64,000 nucleotides of DNA from Octopus vulgaris (GCA_951406725.2 OX597818.1:104284001-104348000), one strand, 5' to 3'; positions 1-13,209 are shown, counted from the first letter of the stretch. Translations and numbers: made by a program. Notes: a model not told the origin generated them from the letters alone.

Positions 1-680
1 GATGAAGCGAGACTGCAGCACAATACCAGCATTATATACCGTAAATGCTGTTGAGAGGAAGGACATGAACTCAGAATTGGGGGTGCAAATCCGTTGCTAT
101 ATATGATTCAGTGAAAAGCATTCAAGGTCATTCAGGAAAGAAAGCCTAAAAGAATACATATAGCATAAGTGAATACTGAATGTTGTTGGTCCGGGCACGA
201 AATCAAGACTCGAGTCGAAAATGTTAGCTCTTGGCAATAGTGATGTCCGCCTCCTCATGGCACAAATAGTCAATCGAGCTAAGTCAAGTAAAAAAAACGC
301 GGTAATGTGTATCCTTCTCATCAAAGGTGAGATATTTCTTGCCGCGAAATACCTCATTTCCAGTTAGGGGAATCTGTGTCTTGTGAGGAGGAAACGGCCT
401 TCTTTTTGAATGTATTTAAATTCACATCCTTTCGCATAACTGAGAAGCATATAAGGGACTTATGCAAAATACAAGGTATTACACGGCAAAGATCTACAAT
501 GCATGAGCCCTCTTTTGTGCACTGTAAGTACTGAGCTCATAACCGAAGATTTTTTATTCTCTAGCAGTGAACAAGACAAAAATGCAGTGAGTCTCTTTTA
601 TCAGAATTGTTGGGTGGTGAATAGTTCACGGTTTTCAGACCCGCAATAACTGAACAGGTGATTGTTCGTTTCTAAGCCAA
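1..680 (+). pseudogene. Possible highly decayed hAT (Charlie/Buster-like) transposase relic
   Basis: Only weak motif resemblance (LGNSDVRLLMAQI vs LSNxTVxRRI). Confidence 0.2.
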
Positions 681-744
681 GCTGTCAGTATTGTGCGTTT
701 TCGTACATTTTAAACTTATTCACCAGAGTCGTTATATTGAGGCT

Positions 745-945
745 AACGGCTGGTAGATACGTTTGCGTGTCGGATACAATGCTTAACGACATTTCTTATA
801 GATATTTACGCTCTGAGTTCAAGCCACGCCGATGTTGACTTTATCTTTATTCTTTCCGTTGTCGACAAAATACAATAGACGAGATCTGCGATCGATGCAA
901 TGGATGTGCATATTCTCCACCAAAAATATTCCCTGCCTTGAACAC
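745..945 (+). mobile_element. Diverged Meta-like SINE
   Basis: tgcttaacgacatttc..ctgagttcaagcc..gttgactttatc. Confidence 0.5.
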
Positions 946-1620
946 TGCAACGAACCGGTGTCCAGTTTAGAATAATGTTGTAAAATACGCCACAGACAGG
1001 CGCCTGCCTTTCTAAGTAACAGAGCTAAAGAAAAAAACACATATTTTGTTGTATGTATACATATTTTCACAACATAACAAAGCTTTTTACATTTCTTTCC
1101 CCTTCATATAATTTATCTACCTCACCACCTATTTATTACTATGTCCCATCATCAATGTATAAGGCATTGTATTGATTTATATATTTCGAGTCCCTGAGGC
1201 TAATAAAAATTATTATTATAATTATTGTCGTTGTTAGTATTAACATCGTTATTGTTGCTATTACTATGATAACTGCGGCTTTATTTTTAATACTAATATA
1301 AAATGCTATTGCGAATTTCATTCTTTTTCCTAATGTGAATATAACTACAGTTAATACGACGGCCACTAATACGATTAGCACAAATACCACTTCAACCATT
1401 GAAATCTGTGTTACGTTTTTTCTGTTTTTAATTTCTAAAAATTATTATATTAGAATTGCTAACAGGAATATAAAATTTAATATGATTCGACAAATAAATA
1501 AAGATATATGTGAATGCGTATGGCTAGGTGTAACACTGAATCTAGTCTGAGTATATACGAATTGTAATATAAACACACATACACGTACACGCACAGACAC
1601 ATACATGAATACATATATAC

Positions 1621-1672
<52 letters not shown>

Positions 1673-1730
1673 CATATGTATAAAATATATACACACACAT
1701 ATATATAATATGCATATGTATAATATATAT

Positions 1731-1816
<86 letters not shown>

Positions 1817-2198
1817 CATACACATGTATGCGTAAACACGCACGATGCGAATGTGTGTTGTTAGGCGTGTTGATGTATGTACATATATATATACAAACAC
1901 ACACACATGAACAAACACACAGCCGCACATACACACGCACACAAACACATGTATATAAGAATATATACTTGTCTACATACGCGTGTATATACATATGAAT
2001 CGGAACATACACAAATATTCATATATTTTTCGTATAGCATTCATTTTTTTTCTTTTTTTAAATTTTGTAATTTATTCATTTTTAATCGTTTGATTCTGCT
2101 TTAATTCGACAAAAGTAGAAAGATTACATTTGAGATTTAATATAAATACGGAAAATTAGAATTACATAACTTGTTGCATGTACGCATATAGCCACTAT

Positions 2199-2233
<35 letters not shown>

Positions 2234-2405
2234 CACACATACACATACAGATATATATATATGCATATATACATATGTATATATTTATATATATATATAT
2301 ATATGTATGCATATATATATACATATATATATATATATATGGGTGTGGGTGTTTATATATGCATATATACGTATCACTATGTGTGTGCATGTATATATAT
2401 GTATA

Positions 2406-2445
<40 letters not shown>

Positions 2446-2448
<3 letters not shown>

Positions 2449-2725
2449 TGAGTTCGGCTACTGCATATTTATAAGTGGCAACTACCTCGAAACTAGTCTG
2501 TGGCTGTCAGACTAGCAAGTGGAAGCTGCTGACCTCACCTCTCCGAATGTTTTAATGGACAAAGATTTGTGCGCTACATAGCTAGCTAGAAGCAATGGCC
2601 TCTTGGAGCTAATCAACGGCAGCATTCGTCGAATTTATCTGGATTGCCATGTTAGCTTGGTGATAACTATTAATATCCAGTACTGCTACCGCAGTCTCCC
2701 TTAGAGAGAATTAGAAATATTGATA
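2446..2725 (+). mobile_element. Possible 5'-truncated HHR-bearing fragment between TA tracts
   Basis: Contains cctc-GAAA-ctag-TC-tgtgg (3' half of a minimal HHR with palindromic CTAG), but no matching CTGANGA half is visible. Confidence 0.3.
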
Positions 2726-2767
2726 TATATATACATCATATATACATAAATACATGTATATATACAT

Positions 2768-2840
<73 letters not shown>

Positions 2841-2845
<5 letters not shown>

Positions 2846-3687
2846 TCAACAATATAAGGAATGGCCCTAATAGGCCATTCGACTCACTAGAAAGAGCAGC
2901 CAAACTCAAGCCGCTAAATAGTTGTAATTCTGAAATTGAAAGAGAAATAAAAACATTTACCCTTTTCATATCTGGACTATGCATAGTTTCGACAAACTAG
3001 TAAACAAATTAATTAAATTAAATTTAATTTATTTACAACTGGCGTGTCTCGTCAGCAGAGAAGCCGAGGACGAGTATATGTCCACGAGGCGACGGCAAAA
3101 TCCACCGCCACCGCGCGGTCTTCTCAGCAGCAAATATAAACTGCTGATTTAATTTCAAAATTAGCCAAAAAATCATTAATTAATAAATATAAGGGTAGCA
3201 AAAAAATTCTAGAAAAAATTCTTCGCTACCAGCGGTCTAGTGAGAAAGAAAGGATAGTCAAAGCCTATATGATATACATTCAACAATATAAGGAATGGCC
3301 CTAGTAGGCCATTCGACTCACTAGAAAGAGCAGCCAAACTCAAGCCGCTAAATAGTTGTAATTCTGAAATTGAAAGAGAAATAAACACGCCAGTTGTAAA
3401 TAAATTTAATTTAATTTAATTAATTTCTTTACCAAAGTTTGTCGAAACTATGCATAGTCCAGAGATGAAAAGGGTAAATGTTTTTATTTCTATTTCAATT
3501 TCAGAATTACAGCTATTTAGCAGTTTGAGTTTGGCTGTTCTTTCTAGTGAGTCGAATGGCCTATTAGGGCCATTCCTTATATTGTTGAATGTATATTATA
3601 TAGTCTTTGACTATCTCTTCCTTCTCACTAGACCGCTGGTAGCGGAGAATTTTTTCTAGAGATTTTTTGCTACACTTATATTTATTA

Positions 3688-3690
<3 letters not shown>
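2841..3690 (-). mobile_element. Non-autonomous hammerhead-bearing retrozyme-like element, family A: ~1.25 units of 434 bp on - strand (2841-3385) plus an inverted partial unit on + strand (3385-3690), within (TA)n
   Basis: tacattcaacaatataaggaatggccc recurs at 2841 and 3275 (period 434). 3385-3690 is the reverse complement of the same unit. No real ORF; TA/TG microsatellites on both sides; HHR inside. Confidence 0.85.
2971..3059 (-). ncRNA. Type I hammerhead ribozyme (canonical core)
   Basis: Minus strand reads tctg-CTGACGA-gaca[long AU-rich loop]tgtc-GAAA-ctatgcatag-TC-caga. Stems I and II pair, stem III is palindromic, cleavage triplet GUC. Confidence 0.9.
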
Positions 3691-3721
<31 letters not shown>

Positions 3722-3840
3722 ATGTGTGTATCTACATGTGTATGTGTGTGTGTGTGTGTATGTGTGTATCTACATGTATGTGTGTATGTATATATAATAT
3801 ATATATATATATAAATATATGTATATATATATATTATATG

Positions 3841-4322
3841 AACACCCGTTCCACCACGAATCGAAAACGAACTACGGTAAGAACTCTTCCCATTTTGTAT
3901 GCAAACACCCTAATGCACACAACATGAACAAAAAGCACAAACAAAATAGATATTGTTTTGAACAGACCATTAGCAGTAGAAATAACAGGAGATCATTTTC
4001 AAGACCTCAACAGAGATTACCCACAAGAAACTGGACAAAAAACCGATCTAGATCTAGAAGTAAACCCAGATCATTTCTCCAGGTGGTTAAAAACAATGCT
4101 AACAAGAAATTGAAAAGTAGCATACATAATACCAAAAACAAGACAGAAAACATAACGAAACCAAGTAAAGTACCACAACCAAAACGCAAAATTCATCAAG
4201 CAAACATCAACAGGAATATAAATCATAACCAGAAAAAAATCCATTTTTTTACGTCAGGACAACAAACACCGGAGAAAGAAAAAATCCAAGAGGAAACATA
4301 CCCCAAACAACTGAACGTATAG
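3841..4322 (+). CDS. 3' part of a basic, low-complexity upstream ORF (ORF1-like) of the PLE, overlapping the RT frame in -1
   Basis: Stop-free Arg/Ser/Lys/Asn-rich frame (RSRSRSKPRSF) ending at TAG 4320-4322; overlaps the RT frame from ~4250. Confidence 0.5.
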
Positions 4323-6555
4323 ATCCTAAAATAATTAATTTATCAAAAAGAGATCTTGACAATGATGAAATCCAACTTCTGTCAAAAGGACTGAAATTCA
4401 CACCTACACCAACAGCCAACCACCAAGAATTAAAGGAGGATATCCAAAAATTCTGTCGAAAATTACGACTTGTAGAATTCTTCGCTAACAAAAGTAATGA
4501 GATTGATGAATCCCTAGTAAGGAATAAATCAAATTTCACCCCACCAAAAGGAAGAAATAACTACCTTGACCAATACATTGATATCCTGTCTAAATTTCCC
4601 CTTAGACGCAATACCAATGTTAGGCCAAACATTAGCAAATCAGAGATGTCTGCATGTAAACGTATACAAAACGATCAAACAATAATAATTAAACAAGCAG
4701 ATAAAGGTGGTGCAATTGTTATTATGGATACCGAATACTATAAGGATTTGGTTGAAGACCAACTGAAGGATACAACCTTCTATTGTGAAATACCCGCAAA
4801 TATAGACCACCACATCATGAAAAAGATCAACAACCTGATTTCAACACACCACAACTCACTTACGGATAATGAAAAAGACTACATCACCAATTTTGAACCA
4901 AAACCCAGCAACTTCTACGGCTTACCAAAAATACACAAATCAAAAAACATTCAACAGGCAGTAAAAGAACAAGAAAGTGAGTACATAAAATTATTACATC
5001 CAAAAGACCTAAAACTTAGACCTATTATAGCTGGTCCAGCATGCCCTACACACCGTCTAAGCAATTTTATTGACATTGTTTTGAAACCACTATGTACTTA
5101 CATACCAAGTTTCATCAGGGATGACATCGACTTCCTGTCCCATCTTCCCAAAACAACAGAAACAAATTCAGTTTTACTAAGTTTTGATGTGGTAAGCCTC
5201 TACACCAATATTCCACACGATTTAGGAATAAAGGCGATTAAATACTGGTTAGAAAAACATAGAGAAGTGATTCCCAGCAGATTCACAGTGCCATTTATAT
5301 TAGACACAGTCAAACTTATTCTAGAAAATAACACATTCTTCTTCAATGGAAAGAATTACATCCAAATTAGAGGCACGGCGATGGGAACGAGGTTTGCTCC
5401 CGTTTACGCCAACTCTGTAATGGGATACTTAGAAGAACAACTCTACCAAGAGGTGGAGGTAAACTATGGCACTGGATTTAGAAAGTATATTGAAAAGGCA
5501 TGGAAGAGATACCTAGACGACTGTTTCATAATCTGACAGAATCTCTAAATACTCTGGAAGAGTTCAATATCCTCCTGAACAACCTACACCCATCTCTCAA
5601 ATTTACAAAGGAGATGAGTAGTACCAAATTACCATTCCTGGATATAATGGTAATTAAAAAAGACACCACCATCACCACAGATATATACTATAAACACACA
5701 GACACACATCAATACCTAAATTTTAAGTCGTGCCATCCACCACATACAAAACGTAACATCCCATACTGCCTAGCCAGAAGAATTTGTACTATTGTAGAAG
5801 ATGCAAATATCAGGAACAAACGCCTAATAGAACTAAGAGAATTTTTGCTCAAACAAAAATACCCATCTCTACTTATAGAAAATGGCATACAGCGGGCTAT
5901 AAAAATACCTATACAACAACTTAGGACAACCCAAGGAAGAGGAAAACAAGAACAAGTCATACCATTCATAGTGACACACAACCCATGTCACCAGAATATC
6001 TTCAACATTGCCAAAGCAAACCTACCAATCATTGCCCAAAGTAATGAATTAAAAGACATAATCAAGGATCGAGCTATGGTGCTTAGTAAAAGACAGCCTA
6101 AAAACTTGAAAACATTACTAACAAAGGCAAAATTTGACCTCAGCAACAAAGACCAAACATTCACGGTATCTAAATGCAATGATAGCCGATGTGGCACATG
6201 CCAATTCATACATACCGGTCAATATATAAACACAAAAACCGGGAAAATATTCACAAACGCGAATATGAACTGCAAAAGCAGAAATTTAATTTACTGCATC
6301 AAATGCCCAAATTGTGAAGAAATATATGTAGGTCAGACGGGAAACGCACTATTAGAACGCTCACGTGTACACCGGCAACAGATTAGAGACCCAGAGGTCC
6401 GTCAGATACCTTTGAGTAACCACCTAGCAACATGTGGTCGGAAAATATATATAATATTTCCATTCTACAAATTACACAGCCCAAGTGAAATCGAGAGGAA
6501 AATCAGAGAAAAGAATTTTATTGATAAATTCGAACCCAAGCTAAATAAGCAATAA
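4250..6555 (+). pseudogene. PLE reverse transcriptase / GIY-YIG endonuclease ORF broken by a single 1-nt frameshift
   Basis: Frame is open from ~4250 through ORF 4646-5536. At ~5534 atc-tg-aca is TGG (Trp of YLDDCFIIW) missing one G, shifting into ORF 5500-6555. Confidence 0.9.
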
Positions 6556-7049
6556 TAATAATACTTAGAGGTATTACTTCCACTGCTACGACCATGACCA
6601 CTAACAACAACAATAATACTAAAGGTGATCAAGACGAAGATAGCAGGAAAATTATCTTATTTTGGGTTAAAAGTTCTATTGCCACCACCATCACCACTAG
6701 CAACAATAATTAAGGTGCTGACAATGATGATGATGACAATTGAAATATAAAAATATAAAAATCTCTGACAAAGGATATTTACAACATTTCTAAAAATAAC
6801 CCAACAATTGCTGCTTCGGCCAGGGTCAAGATACAGGACTCTTGACCTGTCCAACAAAGCGTGATGCCTAAACCAATCAGCTCAACCAACCAATCAGCTT
6901 AAGTAATTGAGTGATACTACACACTGATTGGTCAGAATACAGTTTGCAAAACCTAGCACTCTGGAGCCTACCCAGCTGTATTTATAGCACAGAATCACTC
7001 ATCTTGCTACAGTCAAAAATTGTGAAGCATGACTGTCAACACTACTACA

Positions 7050-7094
7050 TGAACCCGAAGATTGCAGAATTCAATGCATGAAAGTACTAGTTCA
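7050..7094 (+). ncRNA. Minimal type I hammerhead (U4C core variant) in PLE 3' region
   Basis: tgaac-CCGAAGA-t-tgca-gaattcaa-tgca-t-GAAA-gtac-TA-gttca. Palindromic AGTACT stem III, CUA triplet. PLE pLTRs are known to carry minimal HHRs. Confidence 0.75.
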
Positions 7095-7314
7095 ATCAGA
7101 ATGAATATTTAACATTCTACTATTTCATTTTATTTTATTCAATTATAATATATTATCTTATAATATATCATTATAAGATTGTAAATAAAACGTGAAAATC
7201 AGACAAGGTTGGAATTCTTTTTATTAATATATTCTTCTATACACAATCACACACACCCATATATATATATATCTATATATATATATATATACATATACAT
7301 ACATACACGCACAC

Positions 7315-7348
<34 letters not shown>

Positions 7349-7394
7349 CCTGAGTGACAAAAAGAGAGAGAAAGAGAGAGAGAGAGAGAGATAA

Positions 7395-7929
7395 TCGTGT
7401 CTGTATGAATTGCGGGTTCTGTCCCCATGTGTGTCAATTTTGTCAAGTGTATTCTCCGGAGGTAGTGCTGCCCTGGGTCAAGAGACTGGCTGATGAAAGA
7501 CTCTATGTCTGGCAACAGGACTCTGCGTCATGCCACACAAGCAGGAGAAGCCAGTCATGGCTGTCAGACAATTTCTGCGACCACGTCACCCCTAACATCT
7601 AGCAACCTAATGCAACAGACTTCATCCCCCTTGATTATTATATGTGGGGCGCAGTTGAGCGTCAGACCAACAAATCTTTTTAACGCCAAGACGAACTGAA
7701 GGCAAAGATTATGGCAACACTCAACAACTTAAACAAGTACCGTCTACAAGAGTTGCAGGAAATTCCGAAGTTCTCTAGGGCGCCGTGGTTGAAGCCAATG
7801 GCAATTTTATTGAATGAATTAACTCAAGATAATTTTAGGTAATTTTGGTAAATATATCTGTCAAAATGAGATGTTAATGGTATTTTCATTTTTGCGCAAT
7901 TTAGACGACAGTTAATTCACTGCACCCTG
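7395..7929 (+). mobile_element. Tc1/mariner-superfamily (maT/DD37D-like) transposon 3' fragment with right TIR
   Basis: Translation EVVLPWV..YVWQQDSASCHTS..QSWLSDNF..PLDYYMWGAVE; ends in ...ttcactgcaccctg (CAGGGTG-type TIR). Confidence 0.75.
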
Positions 7930-7931
7930 AT

Positions 7932-7991
<60 letters not shown>

Positions 7992-8219
7992 CAGAGTGAG
8001 AGAGAGAACAAAGTCTACGTACGCCGATATATATATATATATGTATGTATATATATATATCATAGTCTAGACTCAAATAAATTTTTTGCATTTGTGCAGG
8101 ACCTTAGTTAAAAGCACAATAACAATAGAGGCAATTCTTGCTTCAGGTAATAATAGAGTAATAGAATGAAATTTTATAATGCATCTAAATTAAATAGCCT
8201 CAAGGAAATACAATTATGG

Positions 8220-8291
<72 letters not shown>

Positions 8292-8949
8292 TGTGTGTGT
8301 AGCGAAATATAGGCATAGCCTATCAAATAAATGTTCCTCGGTCACAGGTCTGAGTCTTTACCTTTCACAGAAATTATACATACATACAGATGTGAGTGCG
8401 CACATATATGCACAAATATACACACACACGCATATATATATATAGCACAGAAACGTATATGTATTTGGGTGTGTGCCGGGTTGTGTGTGTATATATATAT
8501 GTTTGTAGAGGTATAACATTTTTGAACAATACTACAATCGTATTTCTAATAAATATATATTTAACCTTATGAAATCATAGTCTGCTGATTACACAAGAGA
8601 ATGTAAGCAACTAGTATGAAACTTCAAATCGATTAATTTCGGTTCTCAGTAATACTTTGTCAGAATCTCTTAGTGCTAATAAAATGGTATGTCAATTGGT
8701 ATAAAATATATAAGGAAATTCATGGCAGATATAAGCACCTTCATATAACGGTGCAATGTTGACCAAAAATAATAACCGTTGCGGCATCAATATAAGCGTC
8801 TTTGAGAAGAGAGAATCTTTGTAAAATATAAAGAACACGACTGTATTATTCACATTTTTTAATCAGATTTTTTTCTACATATTTTCCTAGTAATTCTATG
8901 CAATTTTCTGTTATATACACCAGACAAACCGTAGATAATCATAACCCCG

Positions 8950-9400
8950 TGAATTTCACTTTAGCACCTTGTAGAATACTATGCAGCTGTGCACGCCCCA
9001 TCTTTTGCCCTCTGGATCATAGATGCCTCACAAAAATGTATACAAATGCACAGTTTCAGCTAAGAATTCTAAGGATGCATACATCGGTTTTTGTAGCTCC
9101 ACCTTCAAGATCAGATTTGGGAATCACTATTCTAGTTTGAAATCCCAAGCCAGAAATAACAATACGTTTTTATTCCGGTTGATTCATAATCTAAAACAAA
9201 GTTCAATTCTATATAATTTCAAATTTTCCATAGTTACACATGCCCATCATTATAACGGTTATAGTAATAAATACGATCTCTGCATCGCGGAAGTCTCTTC
9301 TATTATGAAATTCCACAATTGACTGAGTGAAAGAAACAATTTAATTTATAATTGTAGACACAGATCATTTAACCCATTCTCGAGGTACAAATAATAGCGC
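8950..9400 (+). pseudogene. Decayed GIY-YIG endonuclease of a different PLE subfamily, followed by CT-rich 3' region to ~10590
   Basis: CPLDHRCL..NVYKCTV..AYIG..TFKIRFGNH..YNGYSNKYDLCIAE..CRH across frameshifts. Confidence 0.75.
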
Positions 9401-10220
9401 CCCACGTATTATTCCCTAACTATTCCTCCACCACACCCCACTTGCAGCTATTTGTATTTATAATACAACTTTTTTAACAAGCTTTATATTTTCCGAACCT
9501 CGTGATGCCTTTCACATCCTCCACTCTGCACATGAGAATATGCAGGTACATGCACACCTATAAAATTCTCCAGACGATTAGAGAAAATTCACGCGTGCCC
9601 GCGAATATCCATATCTATGATTTTGTTGTGATAAACCACCAAATTGATAAACCACCAATTTGCCTAGTTCTACTATGTTCCCTTCTTGACCTAAGCTTTC
9701 TCTCCCGCCTCCTTTTACTTCCTCTCTTCTGACAATTTCACTTTGCTACCCTACCACTCGTCAATTTTCTCTCCCTCTTCTTCTCCTCACAATTTTGCCC
9801 CTACAATTCTTCTCTCTTAGTTTTTTTGATTTTGCTTAAATGTTTAAACATGGGTGCAAAATATATTTATTCATTTATTTACAGTTGACATGGCAAATGA
9901 CCCCAGCCTTATATTCACAAATGTCTTTCCCTAATCAACTTCAATCTAGAGAAAATTCGCCCGTCTTACGCCTCTCCTTTTCTATATTCTTATTCTTAAC
10001 CTGAGGCAATTGTCCACTCCCATATCTTATTTCGTCATACATATGTTTTTCTATTTTGTTCTCTTATTCCGTTCGTTACCAGTCAGTTTCGATTAAATCT
10101 CTTGCGAGTTAACTTGGGATCCCTTGGTGACAATTTAATCTTCATTTAACTAATTTATCTTCAGCTTCATGCGTAAGTGGTGGAGTATCGCTCATTGAGC
10201 AATTATTACTTCCTAAGTAA

Positions 10221-10313
10221 ATTCTAGTCTACATATGTTTCCTGGCTAACAGAACCACGGAAGTAATAATTACTCGACGAGGGGTACTCCACGAGCTAAT
10301 CATCAGGTCGAAT
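10221..10313 (-). ncRNA. Degenerate hammerhead-like motif
   Basis: Minus strand: gac-CTGATGA-ttagct...agccag-GAAA-catatg-TA-gac; palindromic stem III, imperfect stems I and II. Confidence 0.35.
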
Positions 10314-10587
10314 ATACCTTAGTTAAATGAGGGTTACATAGTCATCACAAGAGATTTGATCTACATGAGGTTACAGGAGATTTGATCTAAAGTGAGTTGT
10401 TGCATGTATAGCAAATTTAGTTTCTAACGGTAACTATAAAATAACTTTTAGCTTATCAAATTTCAATATGGGAATAATTTACAAACTTTCTCCGCCAATA
10501 AACAACGATTGTTTCTGAAAGTTATTTCTTTATACCTTCTACTCTTCGAAGCTTATATAACATCCTTGAATCTTGCATTTACATATC

Positions 10588-10632
<45 letters not shown>

Positions 10633-10723
10633 AAATACCATACATTACGCACTCTGTTTTAGCTCACGATCTCAGATCAAGTCACTCGCTATGCAAGAAC
10701 ATCTCCGTGATATACATACCTAC

Positions 10724-10757
<34 letters not shown>

Positions 10758-11979
10758 ATGCACGTTAATATGTATGCATATGTGTCTAAAGCTATGTAAA
10801 TGTATGTGTGTATATATATATTTATGTAAATCGACACAGACGCACATATATATACCTTTATACACACACATACGTATGTGGGTGCATTCAGGTATAAACC
10901 TACACCCTATAATTGAATATCCCCACATATACTTATATGACGCAAAGGACAGCATTTATATTTCACACGCAAACTAGGAACAACAACAAGAACAACCATA
11001 TATATTACAAATATTACAATACAGATCAATGGAAATTTAGGTGTACATGAGCCGACGTGTACAATGCTGTCCTTAAATGACAAAATAACAGTTATCGTGA
11101 AAATTAAACTTTTCCACGTTTGCACCTAAATTTGTAAATCAGATTATTTACAGTTTGATTTCGGGTTTACAAGTTTATGACTTGTTATTTGTCAGGAAAA
11201 TTTCAATTAAACAATTTTTTTGCATTCTATTACTGACATTAGTTCATGTCAATCTGCAATGCATTTTGAGTTCTATTTTACGAGAATTTTCGATAATTTC
11301 TTTACGACTGGACGCAGTTGATTCACATTATACAACATGTGTGCCGTCTGTATATTTTAACTTTCGGAGTTTCATGTATTTATGGCATTCCACTTTGTGT
11401 CTAAATTGTTCTATAGCTTCGTGTAATATCTTGTTTGTATACGCATTGTTGATCAGTGTTTATTTTATACATTTTGTGTATCGATTCGTTTCTGGAGGAT
11501 AATCTAAATTCTCATTTAAGTAGAGATTTTACCACTGACATTTTGTGACTATATTGACATTGACGGCCTCCATATAAGTACAGACTATTATTCGAGGTTA
11601 AGGTGTAGAGAAATTTGATACACATCTTATTTTTATCTGAAAATATCGCGAAATCGAGTTATTGTATATGTAATATGTTATTTAGACAGATCGGGATATT
11701 GAAATACCTTACATTACGCACTCTATTGCTACATTAATCGCTAGATATCTCCAATTAAATCACTCACTGTATCTGGTGATATATTGTATATTCATGCCTT
11801 GGCATCCCTTTATCTTCTTATGTAACGTGGCAAAACACTATAAACGAGGCCCCGCTATTGCCAAACCCACGCTTATTGTATCCCAGTGCTTATACCAATG
11901 GCATTGTCAACAGCGAACGATGTATTGTTATATGTATTGTTATATGAAATACAATTACTTGCAATGTTTGTGCAGAAAG

Positions 11980-12114
11980 AAGATAGCTTCCCAAAGACAT
12001 GGTTCCGGGTTCAGTCCCACGGCGTGATGCCTTGGTCATCTGCCTTCCACTGTAGCGTCGGGGTCTATGAGTGGATTTGCTGCACTGAAACTGCGATAAG
12101 CCCATCCTATACAT

Positions 12115-12188
<74 letters not shown>

Positions 12189-12700
12189 GTATGTGAATGT
12201 GTGTGCTTGTGTGTGTGTGTTTGTGTATATGTTTGTGTCTCATCACGGCTTGGCAATCGGTGCTGGTTTGTTTATGTCCTTGCAACTTGAGAGTTCGGCA
12301 AAAGTAACCGATGGGATACGTACAAGGCTTAAATAATAACTACTGGTTTCGATTTCTTCCACTAAACCAATGGTTCACAAACATTTTCAGGCTCCCATCC
12401 CCTTGACACACAGGCCATATTCCCAGTGCCACCACCCCAACTAACCATCACAAACATAGACCTCTTTCTGAAGCAAACTCAAAGCAATAAAACTTAACAT
12501 AATGTACCTATTATTCTGTTGTTTTTACATGAATCGTTGCCCTATCATCGCCTGTCTATTTTCTTCAACGACCCCTTAAAACTATCCACCGCTTCTAGTG
12601 GGAGGGCAATACTGCCCACTTTGAGAACCACTGGATGAAACACTTCGAGGCGGTGCCCTATCATGTCCGTAATCCAATGATTGAAACAAGTAAAAGATAA
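11980..12700 (+). mobile_element. tRNA-derived SINE with internal microsatellite (same family as 27762-28148), interrupted by a hAT-like MITE
   Basis: ggttcagtcccac B-box region; internal (CA)(TA)(TG); 3' tail tgaaacaagtaaaaga. Confidence 0.7.
12368..12633. mobile_element. hAT-like MITE
   Basis: Termini caatggttcacaaa / tttgagaaccactg (CAGTGGTTCTCAA-type TIR); splits the SINE. Confidence 0.6.
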
Positions 12701-12912
12701 AGGGGATACACTTAGTAATTTACTCGAATCCACATTACGTAAGATTTCATGGACTCGCAAATCGTAACCATCCTATCACGGGAAATAAATACATCCCATG
12801 TCACGCTAACTTGGAAATATGTAGAGCTGAGTGAAACTGCTGGTAAAATATATAAGTAACTTCTACCAAATGTTTTGAGTGCCTCTTTTCCCACTCATTC
12901 ATATATAGATAT

Positions 12913-13205
<293 letters not shown>

Positions 13206-13209
13206 CTCA

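Larger units (their letters stand above)
3841..7260 (+). mobile_element. Penelope-like retroelement (C-terminal GIY-YIG; Naiad/Neptune-like), 5' truncated, with 3' pLTR-like region carrying an HHR
   Basis: N-terminal IINLS..LLSKGLKFTPTP; RT motifs KQADKGG, FYGLPKIHK, LRPII, SFDVVSLYTNIP, GTAMGTRFAP, RYLDD, LPFLD; Cys-rich linker CNDSRCGTC; GIY-YIG NLIYCIKCPNCEEIYVGQTG; ends in (TA)n. Confidence 0.95.

Noticed and set aside
1445-2515. Numerous [12 protein letters not shown] ORFs here and throughout the window
   Set aside because: Translations of dinucleotide microsatellites.
5528-5540. In-frame TGA after YLDDCFII as selenocysteine (some Naiad PLEs encode selenoproteins)
   Set aside because: The protein continues in a different frame. 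The TGA arises from loss of one G in a conserved Trp codon (the paralog reads YLDDCLILW).
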